DNA of 64,000 bases. It comes from Lobosporangium transversale (taxonomy: Eukaryota). Positions 54,133 to 64,000 of the stretch are shown piece by piece. The stretch spans positions 1,550,001-1,614,000 of the forward strand of contig NW_019028980.1 of the NCBI RefSeq assembly GCF_002105155.1, read 5' to 3'. The position numbers were made by a program, and so were the translations under genes. The notes beneath the pieces were generated by a model. The model worked only from the letters and a program-made list of their open reading frames with translations. It had not been told where the DNA came from and searched no databases. The stretch's first letter is position 1. Every line of letters begins with the position of its first letter.

Positions 54133-56159
54133 AATAAAATATGACAGCCTTAAGCGTCAAAGAAGGGATACTGATGCTGTTAGCCACACTCTGGACTGTT
54201 TGACCAACTTTGGATCGTTTTTGGGATACTTGACTGATTTGATGGTTGAAAGAGCTCTGGGAGTGGTTAAAGAAAATAGTTTGGTTTAAATAAAGCTTGC
54301 TTGTAACAACCAAGCAGCCATGGCGGCGTTGGTTTTTAATCCAAATATCAAGAAAGATATTAGTATCGATGGCTTCAAGAAGTGTGTCCTCCAGCTAAAG
54401 CAGAGCATTGCGAAGGGAAATATCCACTGCGAGACGTCATTTCACTAAAATCTGCCTATATTGGACAAAGAGAGACTGAAAAGAGTGGGTGTTGGTGGCC
54501 AAGAGCGACCAATACGAACCTATTTCTAATAATTTGCACAATCGTATTAGAGAACCACTTATTAATAAATAAGAAATAAAAAAAAAACTTGTTGGGTTGA
54601 AAATAGAAGACTTCCAAGGCTTGTAACCACAGTATGCTGGCCTTATAACAAACCTCAAGTTCTATGGAAGGCACAACAAACCTACGTCTTTCCTATTGAA
54701 ATTACCATCCTAAAAAGTATAGATCTTTTTTTTTTTTTTCTTTTTCTGAGGGCCAATACTAGGCTCGCCACCGGCCTGAGGATGAGGTTCATGTGCCCAT
54801 GCACGTGGTGAAATGCAAATGTGGCTTGCTCTTTTCTCTCAGGCTCAGTCAAATTCGCCGGCTCTGGTGTACTGCTGAAAGAAAATGCATCGGTAAAAAA
54901 TTCTGAGTCCATAATGTATTTGAATATGTCCATAATGTATTTGAATATGTCCATTTACCGATATGAAGGCTAAATTTCGCAGCTTTAGGCTTTAGGAGGC
55001 AGGCTTGACCAGAAAAAACATGGTAGGAGCACTATTACAATAATGACCACTTCTCGAAGTAGGTCAGGATTTACGATCATTATTTTATTTATGGTTTTAA
55101 ATACATGCTTGCAAAAAAAATCGACCAGCATCGGAAATTGGCTTTGCTCTTTCACCCAAATCGATTTTCTCAGTCTAATTGTAATCGTAAATACGTTAGG
55201 TGCAAAATCCTCAATTACGAATATCGATTTTGGGCGCAGCAACCGGTGTCATGCTTTGGAGATTTTACTTTATTTTTTTTTTTTTTTTTTTTTTTTTAAA
55301 CGAGTGGTTGAGGGTCAGGAGAGACCCATATGTATGGCCTACAGCTCCTTCCAGTCCACCATTGATCAACTTGTACGGCCCTCGGTAAATGTGATCTCGC
55401 AGTAGCTAAACTCCTTTGCAAGACTCTGCTTCGGCTGTTGTACATTCTTCTTCAAACCCTTGATTTATATACTCTAAGAGAATTTCAAGCAAACACTGAA
55501 TTACCTAAATATCATGCAACTTGTGCGAATCATTTACTGACTTATTATGACGCACTGTTTATTAAGAAGAGTACTTTCAATAATACTGGGATTCAAGAGT
55601 TGTCTTGCAAGGGGAGAAAGAGGTGCTATCGAAGCATTAAAAAACGATATAGTTATGGCCGTTTGGCTCTCGCAAGCCAGCTTTTTATTCTAAACCAAGT
55701 TATTTTCATGAGCTACCCCATACACTATTTTGATAATCAAATCAGGCAGATAATAAAAAAAAATGTATTCTATGTTTATTGATGGAGATTTTCTCATTTA
55801 TAAAGGGCTATGGCCGCGTTAAACTTGCCTTACTAAATTGCCCTCTATTTCCAAAGTGGCCAAAGAATTGTTGTCTTAAGTGCCTATGATAGAGCCAGTA
55901 CAGTGCGTCTTTCTTCCCAATTTTATTGTCTCTCAAGCCTATAATGGACAAAGTTCTGTTCACTACACTAGTCACACTCCCATCCAAGACTTTGTGCTGT
56001 GTATTTGCGACAATTAATTGAAGGCGGGATGGCCATGACACCTTCCCTCACGATGAGTGGAGATATAAAAAGCACGCCATGAGCTATTGAAATGAACAGC
56101 ATAGTCGTGTTCAGCATACTACACTTGAGAGATCAGTCAATGATGTATCCAAGCTAGCA

Positions 56160-57696
56160 GAAACATGTTGAACAGTTTTACCTGCTGCTTTGCGGTGAGG
56201 AGCCAAGGAAGAGAGGAAAGAGAGATCCTTTTATACGTTTTCAGAGGCATAATGGCTTGCATTCTTTTCTTTTGTCACAGCCTTCGACAGCATCGAGTCA
56301 TTGTGGGACCTTTTTCTCATATGAAAAGATCTTTGCGATACCTAATAAGCTTTTATATTTGTCTGCTTCATCTTCTGCTTTCCTTTCTGTCTTGACAATC
56401 TTGGACAATCTTCTTCTTCTTTCTTTCCTACCGTGGTCTGTGCACTCTTTCCATCCTATCCTAATGTCCTGATAGAGTTTGTTTGTTTGTTTGTTTGTTT
56501 GTTTGTTTGTTTTTGGTAAGGCTGCAAAGAACTCAAAGTGGAGCCGCAACCTTAAAAAATAGACCCTGAGAAAGACATTCCCTAACAGCCGTGCTCTTTT
56601 GATTGTCAGGATTTTCATGTAAAGTGCATCTAAACAGGATCCACTGCTATGTTGCAGATGCTTTGTTACACATCCCACCCTATCAAGGCAGATCGGCCGC
56701 ACTGTCGAAAGCAACTGATGCATGTTCCATCATGCTAATATTGGTGGCTAGTCACTAAACACCAGGTACGCGTGAGGAAATTCAATGGTGACTTTGGTTC
56801 TCAAACGAAGTGTTCTAGAGCCCAGTAAAAACTAGGTGAGATGCAAAATCACTGTGTGGTCTCTTCAGTCATTCGCTCATTTTTAGGTACACAGGCTGGG
56901 GTCTGGTGCTTTTTGTTATAATGTACTTTATGAATTTTTCTTTTTTCTTTTTTTAAGGCCCTAATTTACAAACCTCTGGAATACATTGCTCATTTAATTT
57001 GCAATTCTCAACTTGTTTTGAAGTAACTCAACGAAGGCAAGAGAGGTATTTGACAGTTGTAGAAGCCAGTAAAGGTGTGAAAGCCTCGCTGCCAAGCGGT
57101 GCAGTTCAGCACTGCAGCGATACGAGTCCATCTCCCTCTTAGTCAATAGCTGACTATTTTATTTTCTCCCTAATACGCGAGGTACAGTCCGTAATACATC
57201 AAGGATACATGCAAAGAGGGATAGTAATGTATTACAGTGGCAAAATGGTGAACAGATCCGAAACCCAAAGGGGTTATAGCTGATCTTCGCCCGACTTCAA
57301 AGCAGATTCTTTAAGATTATTGATTTTCCCATACCTGGATATCATCAACGGGGTCCAAGTCTAAAGTGTCCAGTAGAGGTAGTCCTAGGAAGAATGTTTA
57401 TGAGAAAATGCATGGAAAGCAAGAGATTCAAGCAGTGCGGACAAATGACATAGGAAAGTGAATTAGCAGGCTCATTGATGCTCTTACAAGTTTCATTCGG
57501 AAGGTGGCGGACCAAGTCTGGCCTAATTGAAGCCGTAGAAAGAAGGGAGCATTGGATCACCATGTAGCGAGCATTGAGAAAATAAAAAATACTGTTTGTA
57601 ATAGCTTTGAGAGACAAAAGGTAATTTTATTAAAGCAATTAAAACAAACCTTCCAAAGGCTTAGCACTATATATACTGGTATATGAGTAATTTTGT

Positions 57697-57730
<34 letters not shown>

Positions 57731-59402
57731 CACAATACAAAACAATCATATGAAATGAGAGTTTTTTTTTTTTTTTTTTTTTTTTATATATAATTTTTTG
57801 AGGGGAGTATCCAGGCCATTTCCAGTAATACATGGCCTTGCTTATTGCTCTTTGGATACTCTTGTTGTTTCGTACCCACACATGAACATTGAAGAGGTCA
57901 AGATGAAGGTAGTTGAGGTTACTGGATCATATATAAACGTTCTATGTACTCTGCTAGGATTGCTGCTGTCATACTTGAACGTTCGCCTCCATGACGAGGT
58001 CGACGAGGCACCATTATCTTTATTGGTTGATCCCGAAGTCGAAGCTGCTGAGGTTTTGGTGGCGTCATGCTTGACGCCACTGTTGTTGCCACCAATATTG
58101 TTGATTGTATTTGGTTCAGCCTTCTTAACAGCAACATGATGAGAAACGAACCCTGAGGCGGCAACAAAGTGCGATACCGCAATAGCTGACGATGGAGCAG
58201 TCGTTGTTGCTGTTACTACTTTTGTGCTCGAGCTTGTCATGGTATAGTGGTTGTCTTCTATTTCCTCTTGTCCTTGTGTCTTTTCGTTTCGCTGTTTCTT
58301 TGACACTTGAATATCATGCTGCAAAGGGCTGCCGGAAGGCTCTTTGCGCTTCCCTGTGGAATATGATACCGTAGTAGTTGATGATGAGGTAGTCAGCGTT
58401 GTTATTGTAGTGCTTGTCGTGTTATATTGGTTATCTTCTATTTCTTCTTCTCCCTGTGTCTTTTCATTTCGTTGTCTCTTTGAGCTTTGAATGTCACGCA
58501 GAGTAGGGCTGCCAGAGGGTTCTTTGCGTTTACCAATGGTATGCATTTTTTTTTTCTGAATGAACTATTGGGAATTCAGTTGGTAGAGAAAGGAAAAGTT
58601 GAAGAAGTGTTCAGGTTGTTGAAAGCTAAAATCAAGCCTTAAATAGGCATATTTTGTCACGTGAAGCCAATAGTTACGCGCGACGCGTCTATCTTGCCCA
58701 TGTGTGGGCAGTCATTTTATGGTTTAACATGTCAACTACTCGTAGCATTTCTCTTAAGCCCGAGTCTTGTCTTGGCAAGTGCGCCACCAAATTGGAACAT
58801 GTGCACTCAATAACATCATCGGCTTTGTTCAGGTATTCCTTCCTACAGTCACTGAATGGATGCCTCCATTTTGACAATTCGATCGCAACGTGCATCTTCA
58901 GTCAATGAACATTTCTGAATTAGTCGAATTAGTCGAAGCCATGAGCATCTTTCTTGGCAAAAAAAAGAAAAATAAAAATCTCGAAATTGCGTACGGGTCT
59001 GCAAGGATTTTCATGTTGTCTTGCTCAAGCATGTATAGGAGAGCATTGAGCTAAAGTATGGGTAAGAAGAGGATCTAATAGGTCCTGGAGGAAGTACCAT
59101 ACTGTCTCGACCAAAGTTTATCATTGCAAAGATGCGATCATCTTCAAACTATACAAACCACCGCACCATCAAGTGTGCTCATCTACTTTTTGACTCAATT
59201 TACTCGCTCAGTCAGGGCCTACAGTTCGGTCATACCAGTTAAATATTTCTATAAAGATGGAGGCTCGTATTTTCCCTTGGGTTAGAGTTTTTGGGAGTAT
59301 CCTAGATCAGCACCTTGCGCGCCACAAACACGGCAGTCCAGGGCAATGAAGTTGGTCTGTTCTTCCTGGTTTGTACGAGAGTCAAGGCCTTGGCTTCGAG
59401 TG
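56160..59402. repeat. Right arm of the ~3.2-kb inverted repeat (partner 46841-50083)
   Basis: Reverse complement of the left arm. The poly-A/T run I counted is 24 nt in both arms. Confidence 0.95.
57842..58546 (-). CDS. Orphan double-NLS protein, copy 3 (identical to copy 2)
   Basis: Translation is identical to 47697..48401. Confidence 0.7.
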   Translation of the reverse strand: MHTIGKRKEPSGSPTLRDIQSSKRQRNEKTQGEEEIEDNQYNTTSTTITTLTTSSSTTTVSYSTGKRKEPSGSPLQHDIQVSKKQRNEKTQGQEEIEDNHYTMTSSSTKVVTATTTAPSSAIAVSHFVAASGFVSHHVAVKKAEPNTINNIGGNNSGVKHDATKTSAASTSGSTNKDNGASSTSSWRRTFKYDSSNPSRVHRTFIYDPVTSTTFILTSSMFMCGYETTRVSKEQ

Positions 59403-59735
59403 ACATAAGTATCTCCATCATATTCTGAATGTGATCAGTAGCTTTCGCAGATTCGAGTCAGTTATTACAAAGGTGCAGAGAAAAAAATGTTACCCAATTC
59501 GTATTCAACAGTGCATTGTTGGAGAATACTAGTTTGAGCACAAGGTTGTAGAGACGAGATAGCAGGCCTAATAGCTAGAGGGGCAGCAAGGGAGGCAAAG
59601 ATGACATTGGCTGCAGAATGGGGTCGTTACAATATCGATGGTGTTTCCATGTCTGAAGGGTTCAGTTCTGAAAGGTGTTGATTAAGCAACGCATTTCCTT
59701 TTTCACAAGATCAAAATGGTCTGTACTCAAAACGA
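58888..59735 (+). pseudogene. F-box/LRR pseudogene (inverted copy)
   Basis: Fragments RNCVRVCKDFHVVLLKHV*ESIEL, SLSLQRCDHLQTI and NEVGLFFLVCTRVKALASSDISI. Confidence 0.6.
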
Positions 59736-59858
59736 CAGGAGTTCAAGTGACCAGTTTGACTTGATGACTGGGATCAGAGGCAAGTCCTGGCCGCAGGCTG
59801 AACGATGGCTTTGAAGGACGTTTTGTGGTAATTATTCTTCATACACATACTTTACACC

Positions 59859-59892
<34 letters not shown>

Positions 59893-60691
59893 GCATATTC
59901 CTCAAAAGTAAAAGTATTCAAAAACTTACGCCGGGATCCTTAAGCTGAGCTGAGCACAGCAAAGAGCGAATTTGCGTTGTCAGGTAATATGAATACAGTC
60001 GTAGCCGGTGACTCCCGTTCCGCGGTGTAAGCTTTTTTTTTGTCTATGTTAATAACCTAGACGATCTTTTATTCCTCTTTCTATAGTAGAGTAGTCTGTG
60101 CTACAGTTCTAATAAGTTGATGCAAAGCGGAGTAAACCCAAGCAACCCTAAAAATAAAAAATAAAAAACTTAATATAGTTGAAAACGTTGCCTTGTTAAC
60201 TCATTGCCTTGAATACTCGTACAAGCCTTGGAAGTCTTCTATTTTCAACCCAACAAGTTTTTTTTTTATTTCTTATTTATTAATAAGTGGTTCTCTAATA
60301 CGATTGTGCAAATTATTAGAAATAGGTTCGTATTGGTCGCTCTTGGCCACCAACACCCACTCTTTTCGGTCTCTCTTTGTCCAATATAGGCAGATTTTAG
60401 TGAAGTGACATCCCGCAGTAGATATTCTCCTTCGCAATGCTCTGCTATAGCTGGAGGACACACTTCTTGAAGCCATCGATACTAATATCTTTCTTGATAT
60501 TTGGATTAAAAACCAACGCCGCCATGGCTGCTTGGTTGTTACAAGCAAGCTTTATTTAAACCAAACTATTTTCTTTAATCACTCCCAGAGCTCTTTCAAC
60601 CATCAAATCAGTCAAGTATCCCAAAAACGATCCAAAGTTGGTCAAACAGTCCAGAGTGTGGCTAACAGCATCAGTATCCCTTCTTTGACGC

Positions 60692-63600
60692 TTAAGGCTG
60701 TCTTATTTTTTTTTTGGCTAAAACTGCGTTTGTCTTGAGTGCTTCTGAGATTGCCAGAGCTGCTTCATCCCCAACTGCGTTGCCACCCAAGTTCAAAGTC
60801 ATCAGAGTTGTATTGACCTTGAGTGCCTCTGACAGTGCCAAGGTTCCTTTCTTTCCAATTGAGTTGTAACTCAAGTCCAAAGTCATCAAACTACTGGTGA
60901 CCTTGAGCGCTTCTGACAGTGCCAGAGCTCCTTCATCCTCAATTGAGTTGTAACTCAAGTCCAAAGACATCAAACTACTGGTGACCTTGAGCGCCTCTGA
61001 CAGTGCCAGAGCTCCTTCATCCCTAATTGAGTTTTCACTCAAGTCCAAAGACATCAAACTACTGGTGACCTTGAGCGCCTCTGACAGTGCCAGAGCTCCT
61101 TCATCCCTAATTGAGTTTTCACTCAAGTCCAAAGTCATCAAACTCCTGTTAACCTTGAGCGCCTCTGACAAGGCCAGAGCTCCTTCACCCTCAATTGAGT
61201 TAGCACTCAAGTCCAAAGTGTTCAATCCGGAGTTAGCCTTGAGCGCTTCTGATAATGCCAGGGATCCTTCATCCCAAATTAAGTTGTTGCTCAAATCCAA
61301 AGTCCTCAAACTATTATTAACTTTGAGCGCCTCTGATAGCACCCGAGCTCCTTCATCCCCAATTGAGTTGCGCCACAAGTCCAAAACCATCAAATCAGTG
61401 TTAACCTTGAGCGCCCCTGACAACGCCAGAGCTCCTTCATCTCCAATTGAGTTCTCCCACAAGCCCAAAGTTATCAAACTAGTGTTAACCTTGAGCGCTT
61501 CTGACAATGCCAGAGCTCCATCATTCCCAATTAAGTTGCTCCACAAGTCCAAATTCGACAAAGCTGTATTGGCCTTGAGCGCTACTGACAGTGCCAGAGC
61601 TCCTTCATCCCCAATTGAGTTGCTACCCAACCTCAAAGAGGTCAAACTACTGTTAATCTTGAGCGCCTCCGACAGTGCCAGAGCTCCTTTATCCCCAACT
61701 GAGTTGTCACTCAAGTCCAAAATCGCTAGAGTTGTATTGGTCTTGAGCGCCTCTGACAGTGTCAGGACTTCTTTATCAAAAATTGGGTTGTCGGTCAAGT
61801 CCAAAGTCGTCAATGCCGTGTTAGTCTTGAGTAAATTTACAAGCCCTTGTAATTCGCTGGCTCCAATCGATCGAGCCTTCACCCCAAAGGTTAGCTTATG
61901 AAGGTGCGCCAGTTTTGCAGGTCGTAAACTGAGAAGTTTCATGAGATCCTGAGATAGAGTAATATGGATTGTTTTCATGTTACTGAGCTCTATGATGCGA
62001 ATATGCTTTTCATATTGCGCGGATATTGAAGAGTCCTTTATACCAGCATTCCTTTGAGTGCGTGTAAGCCCAAGTCGAAGAATCTTCACGCTCGACACCG
62101 CCAAAGCATTCTCAAATGCTTCAAGATCAGTCTCAGTCCAATCCCAGCCAAATGTGATATCCAACTCGTAAACTCGTATTGACCTGCTTAGTGCATCGAA
62201 AAGACCTTTAGCTCTCTCTCTGGACCTGAGTGTGATAGTTACTTTACCAAGGTGCCCGTTATATTTGCCACTATTCACTTCCACTGCACTTACAAATGCC
62301 TTCTGTTCTTTATCTTCATACATCGAGCAACAGTGGTCGAGACAAACCCATTTGGCACGCCCTGTTTCGCTCATGATCCTGTACAAGTTCCCAAATTGCC
62401 TGTCTTCATCATTGGTTCGAAGGGATGTCCACACATTTTGGAAATCTGATCCTTTCAGTCCATCATAGCCATCGATTGTAGCAATGTTGCTCAGGCCTGG
62501 ATCCTTCTTAGAGAGTGCTTCCATATAGTCGATTGAACAATCGATACCAGCATCCATCAAATCTGGGGATGGTGCCAGAGATGTAGACGAGGTCATTCCT
62601 AACTTGAGCCACTTTAAAAGGATAAACATGTGCTTTCCGTACTTGCGGAAGAATTCTGTGCTGCTTCGGATCTCATACCCATCATGTTTGATGATATGGA
62701 GTGGCTTCTGACTATTCTTGCTTGTCATTGCAGTGTGATCTCCACATTCACATAGGAAATGAACACGAATTTTGTTCTTCAAGACATTCATTGGATCCCA
62801 CTTGGTGTGATCGACAGGTAAAATGATAAACAGTCGAGGAATTACGTATTCGTGAAGCTCAGTATTCTGAGTGAGGATAGCGTCAACATGCTGTTGGAGC
62901 AAGGCAGGTTTGTCGAGGCTTTGATGTTGTATTATGTCATCCTTCTCCTTAGCTTCCACTTGCATTTTAGCCATCTTATCTTGAAGTTCAAACATCTCGC
63001 TGTCCTTCTCTTTGGTTTCCAATACCAGATTAAGCATCTTGTCATCCTTCTCTTTGGCCTCCAAGAGCACATCTGCAACCTTCTCAAGGTTAGAGTTGAT
63101 CACCTCGATATATGCATTGTTGCGTGTAGTAAGGAACGAATTGAAAGAGTGAATCAAGTTTGATAATGGTAAAAGAGTATCCTGAGAGGCCTGCTTTGAC
63201 GACTTTCTCAATGTAGGCAAATGGATGAGGGCGCTGTGATTGCTGTTGTTATTGCAGCTGCAATTAGTATTATCGATGTTGGTATTTGTGCTGGTGTTGG
63301 TGTTGATACTGGTGTTGCTGGTGTTGGCGTTGCTAGCTCCGGTGCTGCTGCTGCTACTGTCGCTGCTGCTTAGCTGCGGCGCTTCTGTTATGACATCCAG
63401 GATCTTGTAAGGATAGAATCCAATGCATGGTGGCTCGACTCTAACAAGAAGACAGATATATGCCAGATTGAGCTTCATTTATTTTCAAAAGATGATTGAT
63501 AAAGCGTACCATAATCAGTAGCATACCTGTTCCCATTAGGGTCTATGAGGAATGGAATAGGAAGTTCCTCCAGCTTGAATCGCTGTGCATCTGGAAACAC

Positions 63601-63729
63601 ATCCCGAATGTCTTGCAGACTCACATGGCAGGCTGAGTTGCCATTGCTTGCGAAGGTAGAAGCAATTCTGACACAAACTTTCTCAATTATGCCAGCCCTT
63701 CGGAATTGTTGGTATTGATGCTCTGTCAT
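60692..63729 (-). CDS. RNI-like LRR protein, copy D: intact, 13 LRRs (exons 63729-63527, 63440-60692)
   Basis: Intact exon 1 plus the 928-aa ORF. Same architecture as copy A. Confidence 0.88.
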
Positions 63730-64000
63730 GTCGGTAGTACTTGGATGAATGAGGACAGAATGATAGGTTTTTCTCTTTTCCTCTTTGAGGGACACACGCA
63801 CTGTCCTTCATTTTTTTTTTTTTTTTTTTTTTACTGTAACGACATGTACTTGGTGTGTCAAATTTGTCTTGCATCTGATAAACAACCGATGCACTTGATC
63901 ACGCCAAGACTTGAAGAAAATAAAGATTTTTTTTGTTCAATTTATTACATGTGATTACTGCGAGTTAAGTTAAATTTTGATTCCCATCTTTACTATGGAA

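Noticed and set aside
54660..56010. Small ORFs and a 21-nt tandem duplication (~54909-54953) in the palindrome spacer
   Set aside because: No recognisable protein motif or splice chain.
60720..61830. Regular 84-nt periodicity with variable cores, superficially CRISPR-like
   Set aside because: The repeats are in-frame protein-coding LRR units in a eukaryotic gene. There are no unique spacers or cas genes.
60981..61901. Long antisense ORFs over the LRR arrays (also 24373..25101, 45011..45334, 53442..53774)
   Set aside because: These are shadow frames produced by the repetitive codon pattern of the sense LRRs, with no independent coding signal.

Overview
Eukaryotic, intron-rich fungal DNA; the gene families and homopolymer-rich GT-AG introns suggest Mortierellaceae (inference). 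Positions 1-21 kb hold ordinary core genes: a low-complexity protein with possible actin-regulator motifs, a type II membrane protein, mitochondrial IF-2 head-to-head with mitochondrial uL13, a TRAPP-II Trs65-like gene and ERV2. Positions 21-64 kb are a rapidly rearranging accessory locus. It holds four RNI-like LRR paralogs with 6-13 variable 28-aa repeats, two Sel1-repeat paralogs, one F-box/LRR gene broken by a single stop plus decayed copies, a NACHT-type pentapeptide-WD40 relic, and three copies of an orphan double-NLS gene. These are arranged by direct duplications and a large inverted duplication whose ~3.2-kb core has a constant coordinate offset. The LRR and Sel1 genes share an N-terminal 'header' domain split by an intron at the same codon and phase. 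A two-gene core island (a p2-like subunit of the MTA1c 6mA DNA methyltransferase complex, and ARP2) sits inside the locus. All family assignments come from reading motifs by eye; no searches were run.
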